A DNA stretch of 64,000 nt from Bacteroidales bacterium (GTDB lineage: Bacteria > Bacteroidota > Bacteroidia > Bacteroidales > UBA3824). The stretch spans positions 62,815 to 126,814 of the forward strand of contig JAFPYR010000053.1 in assembly GCA_017412115.1 (NCBI GenBank), written 5' to 3'. A model generated the notes under the pieces. It saw only the letters and a list, made by a program, of their open reading frames with translations, was not told the DNA's origin and searched no databases. Of the stretch, positions 19,363-28,931 are shown in pieces. How positions within the stretch are numbered: position 1 is the stretch's first letter; each line of letters opens with the position of its first letter. The position numbers were made by a program, and so were the translations under genes.

Positions 19363-20371
19363 ATTTCACGTTTCCTACTTTGATTAAATATTCAGCAATT
19401 TGAACGGCGTTGAGAGCCGCACCTTTACGAATTTGATCGCCAGAAAGCCAAAGTGTTAAACCGTTTTCGTCAGAAATATCCTTTCTAACCCTTCCTACGA
19501 AAACATCGTCTTTTCCGGCTGTTTCCAAAGGCATAGGATAAACCAAATTTTGAGGATCATCAACCAACGTACAACCATCTGCCGAGGCAATAGCTTTTTG
19601 AGCCTCCTCTACAGAAATCGGTTTTTCGGTTTCAATCCAAACTGATTCCGAGTGAGAACGAAGCGATGAAACCCTAACACAAGTTGCTGAACATTTTACG
19701 TCAGAGTGCATGATTTTACGGGTTTCGTTGTACATTTTCATTTCCTCTTTCGTGTAACCGTTAGGCTGGAAAACATCAATCTGAGGAATAACGTTATAAG
19801 CCAACTGGTGAGGAAATTTTTTAACGGTAACAGGTTGATTGTTAATAATTTCCTTGTACTGTTGTTCCAATTCTGCCATCGCTGCCGCACCCGCACCCGA
19901 TGCCGACTGATAACTCGATACATGAATGCGTTTGATATGAGAGATTTTCTCCAAAGGTTGCAAAACAACAACCATCATAATCGTTGTACAGTTAGGATTA
20001 GCAATAATGCCTCTCGGACGGTTCAAAGCGTCCTCCGCATTACATTCGGGAACAACGAGCGGCACATCTCCGTCCATACGGAAAGCTGAGGAATTATCAA
20101 TCATTACCGCACCGTATTTCGTAATATCCTGAGCAAATTCTTTTGAAGTGCCGGCACCTGCTGAAGTAAAAGCAATATCAACATCTTTGAAATCATCGTT
20201 ATGTTGAAGAAGTTTTACTTCGTATTCTTTACCTCTAAAAGTGTATTTTTTGCCCGCGCTCCTTTCTGAACCGAACAAAACCAAATCATCCATAGGGAAA
20301 TTTCTCTCGTCAAGGATTCTCAAGAATTCCTGACCAACTGCGCCTGAAGCACCTACAATTGCTACTTTCAT
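19361..20371 (-). CDS. asd: Aspartate-semialdehyde dehydrogenase
   Basis: [16 protein letters not shown] Rossmann N-terminus and the active-site NPNCTTI motif. The ATG at 20371 was checked in the DNA. Confidence 0.9.
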   Translation of the reverse strand: MKVAIVGASGAVGQEFLRILDERNFPMDDLVLFGSERSAGKKYTFRGKEYEVKLLQHNDDFKDVDIAFTSAGAGTSKEFAQDITKYGAVMIDNSSAFRMDGDVPLVVPECNAEDALNRPRGIIANPNCTTIMMVVVLQPLEKISHIKRIHVSSYQSASGAGAAAMAELEQQYKEIINNQPVTVKKFPHQLAYNVIPQIDVFQPNGYTKEEMKMYNETRKIMHSDVKCSATCVRVSSLRSHSESVWIETEKPISVEEAQKAIASADGCTLVDDPQNLVYPMPLETAGKDDVFVGRVRKDISDENGLTLWLSGDQIRKGAALNAVQIAEYLIKVGNVK

Positions 20372-20482
20372 GTTTTTCTTAAAAAAATTTTTTTGGTTTA
20401 ATAATGCGCAAAAATAATAAAAATTTTTCGCTGCCAAAAAAAAAATTCAATTTTCAAGACAGCGAAAAATTTTCTTTTGTTT

Positions 20483-22756
20483 CTAATATTCAGCCTCAAG
20501 CTCTACTCTACGGTTAAGAGCTCTGCCTTTAGGCGTAGAGTTGTCGGCAACAGGTCTAATATCACCAAAGCCTTTTGCGGTAAGACGGTTAGCCTGAATA
20601 CCGTGTTTTACCAAATAATCTTTTACGGCATCAGCTCTTTCCTGTGAAAGAACTCTGTTCTTTTCGGGATCGCCCGAACTGTCAGTGTGTCCGAAAATAT
20701 TAAGTTTATAATCCGGATTTTCTTTCATTACGGTTACAACCTGATCCAAAATCGTAAACGATGTAGATTTAATCGTTGATTTGCCCGACTCAAACTGTAT
20801 ACCGTTAAGAGCCTTCTTAAAGATTTGTTTTACCTCCTGTTTGATTTCAGGACAGCCGTTATTAGTTCCGGGAACATCAGGACATTTATCCAAATAATCC
20901 GGAACACCGTCTTGATCAGAATCAAAAGGACAACCGTTTTCATTAACTCTAACTCCATTAGGAGTATCAGGACATCTGTCGTTGATGTCCCAAACACCGT
21001 CTTTGTCAGCATCTGAAGGACAACCGTTTTCATCAACATTAACATCTTCGGATGTTTCAGGACAGTTGTCTTTGTAATCGGGAACACCGTCTTTGTCAGT
21101 ATCTAGCGGACAACCGCTTTCATCAACAGGAGCACCTTCAGGAGTGTCAGGACAATTATCAACATAATCCGCAACACCGTCTTTGTCGCTGTCTATCGGA
21201 CAACCGTTTTTATCTACAACAACACCTTCGGGCGTATTAGCACAACGGTCAAGAGTATCAACAACACCGTCGTTGTCAGAGTCCAATATTTCAACTTTTT
21301 CGGCTTGGATAGGCTCGTCATCCAATTTATCTTTCTTGTTGCGTCCCTTAAAGCTGAATCCCATACCAAAATTAACCCTTACATAACTCGTATTAGAGGG
21401 AATAACAAAATTATCAACTTTGGCATATTTCAAAGAAACATTGTCTACGGCAGCATAAAAATTCAAAATGCCTAACACGAAATTAACGCCCAAACCGATA
21501 TTCGTCCAATGTTTGTCGAAAATCGTATAAGTCAAAGATGTTGAAAATCTTTTAAAAGGACGGAAATTTGCCGTCAAGAGCATCTCCTCAAACGGAGCTT
21601 TTTTGTAAAACGTGGTTTTTGACAAAACACCTAAACCCAATCTATCTTCCCAAAACTCATATTCGCCTCCTAAATAAACTTTAGGCGTAAGAGTTGAAGT
21701 GTATTTATGTTTACCGCTGACTTCATAAATCTCTTCCAACGAAGGCAAATCCTCAAAATAATCACCGTTTTCATCACCGCCCATTTCATATTTTACACCG
21801 GTGTAAGAATAATCAGAAACAGCGTTTAAGACAACAACTTCGTCGTCTTTCCAACGGATAAAACCTAAATCAAGAATTGATGCTGAAAGTTTTAAATTCG
21901 GTAAAATGTAATAATTAGCACCCAAATCAATGCCCGCTCCTGAACGGCCTGCCATAGAGAATTTCGCATCCTCAATATCAACGTCAGAATCTTTAATTCT
22001 ATGATTTTCATCTTCGGTAATAGTCAGACCAGGAATTCTCGCATAAGCAGAACCGTCTACTTTGGCAACCCATTCGTTTTCGTCAGCGGTGATTTTAACC
22101 TTTGACAAATCAGTTTTAACATTTGCCAAACCGTAAAGGTATTTCAATGTTGCACCTACGGAAAGTTTTTCGTTCACTTGTCGCGCGTAACCGACACCGA
22201 ACTCCATCCAACCCGTACCATGTACGCCTAATTTTTTCATTTTAAGGTCATACGTCTCACCCTCATCCATTCCGTCAAAAGCAAAATTAAAAAATTTGCT
22301 CGGAATTGTTGAATAAACATCAGCTCTTACCGCCAAATTAAAAGACAAATAACCGCTATTCTTAGTTCTAAAACCAAAATCTATAATATCGGATCTAAAA
22401 GATGAAAAAACTCTTTCGGTTTTACCAAGTGCATCCAAGAAATTAGGAATGCCTTCCTTAGAATCCTTGTCGCAAAAAAGTACTGTTTTTTTCTGTCCGT
22501 CAGCTCCCTTAACATTATAAAAAATGTCACTGAAACTAAGATGTGAAATTCCGCCTTCAACACCTACATTAGAAATACAGGGCAACCAGCCGAAATAAAA
22601 TTTTCCGTAATAAATATTAGCAGGATTTGCCAAATGATTACGATAATTGTTTTTGTCGAAAAACAAGGTCGTCGAAATCTGCGCTTTAGCACCCGCAGCA
22701 CTCATCAAAACTGCCGCTGAAACCGCCGCAAATGATTTTAATATCGTTTTTTTCAT
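20483..22756 (-). CDS. Outer-membrane protein: N-terminal beta-barrel, thrombospondin type-3 (Ca-binding) repeats, C-terminal OmpA domain
   Basis: Signal peptide. Beta-strand-rich for ~480 aa. There are about 7 repeats of DxDxDGVxDxxDxCPxTPxG. The OmpA_C signature is FESGKSTI...GHTDSSGD...NRRVELE. Confidence 0.85.
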   Translation of the reverse strand: MKKTILKSFAAVSAAVLMSAAGAKAQISTTLFFDKNNYRNHLANPANIYYGKFYFGWLPCISNVGVEGGISHLSFSDIFYNVKGADGQKKTVLFCDKDSKEGIPNFLDALGKTERVFSSFRSDIIDFGFRTKNSGYLSFNLAVRADVYSTIPSKFFNFAFDGMDEGETYDLKMKKLGVHGTGWMEFGVGYARQVNEKLSVGATLKYLYGLANVKTDLSKVKITADENEWVAKVDGSAYARIPGLTITEDENHRIKDSDVDIEDAKFSMAGRSGAGIDLGANYYILPNLKLSASILDLGFIRWKDDEVVVLNAVSDYSYTGVKYEMGGDENGDYFEDLPSLEEIYEVSGKHKYTSTLTPKVYLGGEYEFWEDRLGLGVLSKTTFYKKAPFEEMLLTANFRPFKRFSTSLTYTIFDKHWTNIGLGVNFVLGILNFYAAVDNVSLKYAKVDNFVIPSNTSYVRVNFGMGFSFKGRNKKDKLDDEPIQAEKVEILDSDNDGVVDTLDRCANTPEGVVVDKNGCPIDSDKDGVADYVDNCPDTPEGAPVDESGCPLDTDKDGVPDYKDNCPETSEDVNVDENGCPSDADKDGVWDINDRCPDTPNGVRVNENGCPFDSDQDGVPDYLDKCPDVPGTNNGCPEIKQEVKQIFKKALNGIQFESGKSTIKSTSFTILDQVVTVMKENPDYKLNIFGHTDSSGDPEKNRVLSQERADAVKDYLVKHGIQANRLTAKGFGDIRPVADNSTPKGRALNRRVELEAEY
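20880..21290 (-). repeat. Coding tandem repeats (TSP3 type) inside the OmpA-family gene
   Basis: Periodic gacaaagacggtgt / ggacagcc-type units. The coordinates are approximate. Confidence 0.6.
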
Positions 22757-22764
22757 ATTTTTTT

Positions 22765-23508
22765 CTAATTATTATCTAATTCTTTAATCAAAAATCTTCC
22801 GCTTATGAAAGTTTTAATATCAAAAGCGATTGAATCCTCTTTGTTGTCGATTTCAAAAGTTTGAGTCTCTGGAGCAACGTCCATGTGGATTTTAAGCTTT
22901 TTGGTCAAAAGTAAATCCTTTGTATCCGCATAAGTTAAAACAACATCATGTTTTTTCTGTTTTTCGTCAGCAGAAAGCCTCATTTTGAGAGTTTCGTTTT
23001 TGGTAGGAACTACGATTGCAGTATCCGCTTGAGTTAAACGGAATTCGATGTTAGTAGCAAAAGGCATACTCTTGGTAATGGTAATTGATAATTTCAATTT
23101 ACCCAAAGAATCCACCAAGCCTCCCTCTTCAAAATATTTTGAAGGCGTAAAATCTTCAACAACCTGATTGTACTGAAAACCAGATTTTACAACGTGTCCC
23201 GTTTGAACACCATCAACAGTCTCCTCTGCTTGTGAAGCTAAATGAAGAGGAAATTTTATTGTATCCAAAACCTTTTCGCTGAATTTATAACGAACCCCGT
23301 CTGAAGAGATAAACTGTCCCTTAATCTCCTCATACGTAAAAATATCAGTAATATTAAGATGACATTTTGTTATAGGACCTTGAATTGACGGCGTGATAAC
23401 AATATTATCAGTATCAACGTCTTTTAAACTATAATCGTCGTCCTTGCAACCGGCAAACCATGCACACGCCGCAAAAAAAACGACAAAAAACAAACTTTTT
23501 TTCTTCAT
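22765..23508 (-). CDS. Hypothetical lipoprotein, probably co-transcribed with the TSP3-OmpA gene (8-nt gap)
   Basis: Signal peptide with lipobox FFAACAWFAGC. No recognisable family. Confidence 0.55.
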   Translation of the reverse strand: MKKKSLFFVVFFAACAWFAGCKDDDYSLKDVDTDNIVITPSIQGPITKCHLNITDIFTYEEIKGQFISSDGVRYKFSEKVLDTIKFPLHLASQAEETVDGVQTGHVVKSGFQYNQVVEDFTPSKYFEEGGLVDSLGKLKLSITITKSMPFATNIEFRLTQADTAIVVPTKNETLKMRLSADEKQKKHDVVLTYADTKDLLLTKKLKIHMDVAPETQTFEIDNKEDSIAFDIKTFISGRFLIKELDNN

Positions 23509-23556
23509 AATAAACCTAAAATTAATTAATATTATGCAATTTTAAGGAATATATGT

Positions 23557-23611
23557 TAAAAAAAAGAAGAATCCGTTTTAACTTTACTTTAAAATTAAAA
23601 CGGACTCTTCT
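23557..23611 (-). terminator. Rho-independent terminator after the M13 peptidase gene
   Basis: 17-nt stem agaagaatccgttttaa / ttaaaacggactcttct (one mismatch) with a T-run on the minus strand. Confidence 0.65.
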
Positions 23612-23637
23612 GAAAAAAAACTCTAAAAAAAATTATC

Positions 23638-25674
23638 TTACCAAATATTTACCCTTTTTTCTTTAGGAATAAACATCGGAGAATCTTCCTTGATGTCAAA
23701 AGCATCGTACCAGAACTGAAGTTGCGGTAACTGACCATTAACACGTGCCTTAATCGGTGAATGAGGATCGGTTTTAAGTCTTAAACGTGCGGCTTGTTCC
23801 CTAATGTTTCCCGCCCAAATAAAGGCATAAGAAAGGAAAAATCTTTGCTCGGGAGTAAATCCGTCTTTAACACCTAAGTCCTTGTTTTTCAAAACGTTTT
23901 TCAATGCTAAAAATGAAATTTTAATACCGCCGTTATCAGCGATGTTTTCGCCGACGGTAAGTGCGCCGTCAATGTGTTCGCCCGGCAAACCCTCCAAGGT
24001 ATTGAAATAATCAATTATAACTTTAGCTCTTGAATCAAATTCTTTTTTGTCGCTTTCCGTCCACCAGTTTTTCTGATTTCCGAATTTGTCGAACTGACAG
24101 CCCTGATCATCAAAACCGTGAGTCATTTCATGTCCGATAACACAACCTATACCGCCGTAATTAACTGCCTCGTCAGCCTGTGAATTATAAAAAGGAGGTT
24201 GCAAAATACCGGCGGGGAAAGTAATTTCGTTAGTCGTAGGATTATAATAAGCATTAACGGTTTGAGGTGTCATGTGCCATTCGTCCTTATCAACGGGTTT
24301 ATTAACACGGGTTTTAATAATATAATCCGCTGCAAATTTGCGTGATGCTAAAACATTATCCAACAAGGTTTTAGACTCATCAACGGTTAAATCCGAATAA
24401 TCCTGCCATTTGTCAGGATAACCGATTTTGATGTAGAAATTACTCAACTTGTCAAGAGCCTGAGCCTTTGTAGAATCGCCCATCCAAGTAGAATTTTGAA
24501 TTTCATCAGCCAATGATTTCTGAAGGTTGTGAACCATGTCGATAACCGATTGTTTTGAAGATGCAGGGAAATATTTTTCGGCATAAATCTTTCCGATAGC
24601 CATTCCCATTGCTTCATTAACAACATTGATTGCACGTTTCCATCTCGGTTTCTGAACTTGAACACCCGACAAAACTTTCTGAAATTCGTGGCTTATATTG
24701 CTAAAATTATCGTCCAAATAATTTGCCGAAGAGTTCAAAACCTTAAACTCAAAATATGATTTTAAGTTTTCGATTTTTTCGGTTTCAATAATTTTTTCGA
24801 TATTGTGAATAACGTCGATTTGTCCCACAGAAAGTTCCTCAAAATCCGGAAATCCCAAACCTTTGAAAAATTTGTCCCAATTGATTTTGCTGAAATTTTT
24901 CTTCAAATCGCTGTAAGTCATTTTGTTATAATTTGCACTGACATCTCTCAGCTCAACTTTTGTATGATTGACTTTAGCAATTTTTTCCTCAATTTCATAA
25001 ACGGCTTTTGTCTTGTCTTGAGAAGTTTTTTCGTCATAACCGGCAAGAACAAAAAGCTCAGTGATATACTTTTTGTAAGCATTAACGATTTCAACAGAGG
25101 CCGAATCATTGCTTTCGTAATAACTTTTGCTCGGAAGCGAAAGACCACCTTGCCAAAGTTCTACGATGTTCTTTTGCGAATCTTTAATATCAGAGCCGAC
25201 ACCATAATCAAAAAGCAATCCGCTGATACCGTAGCCCTGAAGAAGTGAAAGAACCTCCACCAAAGTTTCTTTATCTTTTATACCATTAACCCTCTCAAGA
25301 TAAGGTTTTACAGGGGCGACACCGCTTGAATTTCTCGCAGTGGAATCCATATATTGTGTATAAATAGCAGCTATTTTTTTGCCGTCAGAGTTGTTCTTAT
25401 CACCGCTATCAACAAGCTCTTCGATAATTTTCCTTTGACGGTCAAGATTATCAAGATCGAGTTTCTCGAATTGTGAATAACGGCTCATTTCGGGACTTAT
25501 AGGATTGGCTTCCAACCATTTACCATTAACATAACGATAAAAATCCTCACCGGGTTTTACAGAAAGGTCCATATTGTTTTTGTCAATACCCGAAAACTGT
25601 GATGACGTTTGTTTTTCGCTCATATTGCAGGCCGATAAAAGTAAACTGATTAATACTAAATTAATTTTTCTCAT
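23638..25674 (-). CDS. M13-family zinc metallopeptidase (neprilysin/PepO-like), secreted
   Basis: HEMTHGFD (HExxH), ENIADNGG, a C-terminal W, and an N-terminal signal/lipobox (LLLSAC). Confidence 0.9.
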   Translation of the reverse strand: MRKINLVLISLLLSACNMSEKQTSSQFSGIDKNNMDLSVKPGEDFYRYVNGKWLEANPISPEMSRYSQFEKLDLDNLDRQRKIIEELVDSGDKNNSDGKKIAAIYTQYMDSTARNSSGVAPVKPYLERVNGIKDKETLVEVLSLLQGYGISGLLFDYGVGSDIKDSQKNIVELWQGGLSLPSKSYYESNDSASVEIVNAYKKYITELFVLAGYDEKTSQDKTKAVYEIEEKIAKVNHTKVELRDVSANYNKMTYSDLKKNFSKINWDKFFKGLGFPDFEELSVGQIDVIHNIEKIIETEKIENLKSYFEFKVLNSSANYLDDNFSNISHEFQKVLSGVQVQKPRWKRAINVVNEAMGMAIGKIYAEKYFPASSKQSVIDMVHNLQKSLADEIQNSTWMGDSTKAQALDKLSNFYIKIGYPDKWQDYSDLTVDESKTLLDNVLASRKFAADYIIKTRVNKPVDKDEWHMTPQTVNAYYNPTTNEITFPAGILQPPFYNSQADEAVNYGGIGCVIGHEMTHGFDDQGCQFDKFGNQKNWWTESDKKEFDSRAKVIIDYFNTLEGLPGEHIDGALTVGENIADNGGIKISFLALKNVLKNKDLGVKDGFTPEQRFFLSYAFIWAGNIREQAARLRLKTDPHSPIKARVNGQLPQLQFWYDAFDIKEDSPMFIPKEKRVNIW

Positions 25675-25769
25675 TTTTTAATTAACTATAAGATTTTTGT
25701 AAAATACGGTTGCAAAAATAATACAAAAAATCGTCAGTGACAATAAAAACAATGAAATTTCAATTTTTA

Positions 25770-26468
25770 TTAAAACGTGCCTCCAAAATCAACTGCAATT
25801 CTTATAGAATATGCCCCCTGCCATTTTACTTCCTTATAATTATAACTTCCGTTTTCAAATTCCAAAAAATGCCACGGACGGTCTAATTTTACGGCATTAT
25901 AACCGAAAGAAATGTTAGCTCTGAAAATTCTGATTCCAAGGTTTGCGGCACAATAAAGTCCCGAATAACTGTTGTTTCTATCGTCGGTTGCCGCATATCC
26001 GAGTCCGAAATCCAAAAACGGTGTAACTTTCTTATTCAAAACATCATAACGGAAATTTGAATACAACGGCAAAACAATAGCCGCTGTACTTTGAGAGGCA
26101 TATTGACCGTAATACCAATGATCGAAATACGCCTCCTCCGAAAATCCTAAACCTAAATACAAATAAGGATTAAACTGCCACCCCAAAGACATATAAACTT
26201 CAAAAATATCGCAGTTATAACGATCCTGAGCAGAATAAAATCCAAATCCGCCAAAAGCCCGCCAGCCTTTGGAAAGCAGCGGTGAAAAAAGTTCTTTCAA
26301 AGGATTCGTTTCGGAAAATTTATGAATCTCACCGTAATCCTCGTCAGAAAGTTTTATCTGAGTGCTATCCCCTGAATCCTCATAAAATATTTCAACACCT
26401 CCGTCATTTTGCGAAAACACTGAAATACTGAATGTTAATATCAAAATTAATAGTAATATCTTTCTCAT
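25770..26468 (-). CDS. Small outer-membrane beta-barrel (porin-family) protein
   Basis: Signal peptide, alternating aromatic/Gly beta-strand pattern, and a C-terminal F. Confidence 0.6.
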   Translation of the reverse strand: MRKILLLILILTFSISVFSQNDGGVEIFYEDSGDSTQIKLSDEDYGEIHKFSETNPLKELFSPLLSKGWRAFGGFGFYSAQDRYNCDIFEVYMSLGWQFNPYLYLGLGFSEEAYFDHWYYGQYASQSTAAIVLPLYSNFRYDVLNKKVTPFLDFGLGYAATDDRNNSYSGLYCAANLGIRIFRANISFGYNAVKLDRPWHFLEFENGSYNYKEVKWQGAYSIRIAVDFGGTF

Positions 26469-26626
26469 AATATACTTTTTTAGTTTACAAAATTATTTTT
26501 TTTGTCAATAATAACAAAAGCAAAAACAAATATCAACAAAAAATTATTCAAAAAAAAACTATTTTTTATTGTTTTTTTAAATCTTTTTGTTTAAAATTGC
26601 ACTTTGAAATAATACAAAAAAGAAGC

Positions 26627-27346
26627 ATGAAAATTTGTGTCAATTGCAATATTGAATATGAAAGCGGCAATTTTTGTTTGAATTGCGGTAAACAACTGAC
26701 AAACAAAGAAATAAAATCTAATGTGTGCAACATTTGCGGTGAAAGTATTCCTCAAGGAGCTATCTGCTGTCCAAAATGTGGTAATAGGATTTATGCGCCC
26801 TCATGCTTAAACTGCGGTAATATTATAAGTGCCGAAGACGAAAATTGCAGTTTTTGCGGAAAAACTTTAACGAGGGAGGATTACAACAACGTTATCAGTA
26901 CAAGATATTCCATAAAAAAATCTCCCGTCATCATTGCGCAATATCCTGAGCCAATGTACATCGCCGGCACGGAATATATTCCTAACGTAAAATTAGACAG
27001 AGATAACGGTATTTTTGAAATTTCAGGAAAATCAATTCCCGAAGATGCAGTAAAATTTTACGAGCCTATTATTGAATGGATTAAAAATTATATTGAAGAT
27101 CCGTTGGAAAAAACGGTTTTCAGTTTCAAAATGACTTATTTCAATACCACGACTTCAAAAATATTTCTCGGCATCGTTCAAAAATTGGAAAAAATTAATC
27201 CTCGAGCACAAGTTCATCTCAAATGGTATTATGCCGAAGAAGACGAAGAAATGGAAGAATTCGGTGAGGTAATCAGCGAAATTCTAAACATTAACATCGA
27301 AATGATTCCCGTTGAATACAACGACGAAGAGGAATTAGACTCTTAA
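26627..27346 (+). CDS. Multi-zinc-ribbon + DUF1987 (SiaC-like) domain protein
   Basis: The N-terminus has five or more CxxC pairs (CVNC..CLNCG, CNICG..CPKCG, CLNCG..CSFCG). The C-terminal half, IPNVKLDRDNGIFEISGKSIPEDAVKFYEPIIEWI...FSFKMTYFNTTTSKIF, is paralogous to 17509..18135. The ATG at 26627 was verified; the track start is TTG. Confidence 0.75.
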   Translation: MKICVNCNIEYESGNFCLNCGKQLTNKEIKSNVCNICGESIPQGAICCPKCGNRIYAPSCLNCGNIISAEDENCSFCGKTLTREDYNNVISTRYSIKKSPVIIAQYPEPMYIAGTEYIPNVKLDRDNGIFEISGKSIPEDAVKFYEPIIEWIKNYIEDPLEKTVFSFKMTYFNTTTSKIFLGIVQKLEKINPRAQVHLKWYYAEEDEEMEEFGEVISEILNINIEMIPVEYNDEEELDS

Positions 27347-27389
27347 AAAAAAGCAAAATCTCTTTTTTTTCTTTTTTAAAAACTTTTTT

Positions 27390-28859
27390 TTATAATACTT
27401 TGGCTAATTGACGCATTTCTTCGATGGATTTCATGCGTTTTTTGTAGATGCAAACCGAAATTATCACTGTTATAACAAGAGCCACAAGACTCGACCAAAT
27501 AAACAGCAAATCAGGACTTGCAATTGTAATATTAAATGCCATAGAAACCGAATCCACAAGTTTTTTAACACCCAAAATAAGAGTAACCCAAGTAACGATT
27601 ATCATCATCAGATTAGAGAATTTACCGTTTAAATGTTCGATTCCCATTACTTTGGCATTGTTGATAACCGTAAACAAAAACACGCAAATAAAAGGCAAAA
27701 TCAAACCGTTGAAAGCTTGAGCAGCTACAATTGCCGGCACGGGTTTTACTTGCAAAAATCCCAAAACCACACCGACAGCCAAAACCATATAAGCAATCCA
27801 TTGAAAAGAATTTGCTTTTTCGGGAGTTCCGTCCGCTTTTTTTCTTTCAAAAATGCTTCTTGCCGTTAAAGTCGAGACAAGCGAAGAGGTAATGGCACTC
27901 GTAAAACCGGCGGCAAACATTCCGAAACCGAAAATATAACCTGCCCACTGACCGATTTGTTTTGCTAAAGTCTGTGTTAAAAGTAAATACGAAAAGTCCA
28001 TGTTTTCAACGACTTCCGGCGTTAAACCTCTTGTCATTTGAGTTCCTACAACCAAAATAGCCATCGAAATTATACCGCCCAAAATCACTGAAACGCCGAT
28101 TCCCACACGCATATCTCTTACCGTAGTATCCTTTTGAACAACGTTAGAGCCCAAAAACAAATCATACGGCACAACCGTCGTACCAACTAATCCCAAAACC
28201 AAAAGTCCCGCTTCAGGCACGTCAGGAAAACTCGGAACAAATAATCCGTGAGCCAACTCCCCTACCGGCGGGTCAGCCAAAAAAGCCGTCGTTATAAAAG
28301 TAATTCCCATTATAAAAACGAAAATACCCATGAAATTAGCCGTCGAACGCAGAGATTTCAAACTCAAGGCAACACCAACAACAAGGGCTATCGTTGTAAC
28401 AATCAAGCGTTTACCTAATCCGGGGAAAATAAGGGCAAGACCTTCGGCGGCTCCAAGAATATTGCCAGCCTCATACGCCGTACAACCGAGAATTATGGCG
28501 CCGACAATCAAAACCAAAACAGGAATTTGTCCGCGGCTGCCTTGAAAATGAAGTTTTATCGCCTGACCTAAATTCATTTTGGAATAAATAGCAGCCCTTG
28601 CGCTCGCCTCCTGCAAAACAAGACAGGCAATCGTAGCAAAAACCAACGCCCACAACAGCTGGAACTGAAAATCAGCACCCGCTTTGGTTGCAGTCGTAAC
28701 TGTACCCGGTCCGATAAAGGCCGCAGAGATAATAGACCACAGTAGGATATTCATAAACCTACTTTTAAATTTTGTCAGTTTTTCGCCCATCTTTAGTTTG
28801 TATTTTGTTAATAATACTATAAAAATTATGCCAAAAACAAAATAAACGTATTTATCCAT
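27390..28859 (-). CDS. NRAMP-family divalent metal (Mn/Fe) transporter
   Basis: Polytopic protein. The motif AFIGPGTVTTATKAGADFQFQLLWAL resembles the NRAMP N-terminal signature. The start is uncertain: ATG at 28859 or 28790, and the track start at 28877 is TTG. Confidence 0.75.
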   Translation of the reverse strand: MDKYVYFVFGIIFIVLLTKYKLKMGEKLTKFKSRFMNILLWSIISAAFIGPGTVTTATKAGADFQFQLLWALVFATIACLVLQEASARAAIYSKMNLGQAIKLHFQGSRGQIPVLVLIVGAIILGCTAYEAGNILGAAEGLALIFPGLGKRLIVTTIALVVGVALSLKSLRSTANFMGIFVFIMGITFITTAFLADPPVGELAHGLFVPSFPDVPEAGLLVLGLVGTTVVPYDLFLGSNVVQKDTTVRDMRVGIGVSVILGGIISMAILVVGTQMTRGLTPEVVENMDFSYLLLTQTLAKQIGQWAGYIFGFGMFAAGFTSAITSSLVSTLTARSIFERKKADGTPEKANSFQWIAYMVLAVGVVLGFLQVKPVPAIVAAQAFNGLILPFICVFLFTVINNAKVMGIEHLNGKFSNLMMIIVTWVTLILGVKKLVDSVSMAFNITIASPDLLFIWSSLVALVITVIISVCIYKKRMKSIEEMRQLAKVL

Positions 28860-28931
28860 ATTTTTTTTCAAATTCAATTTTTTAGGTTAAATTTGCAGTG
28901 TTAAAAACACAATTAAAAAACAGTTATATAT

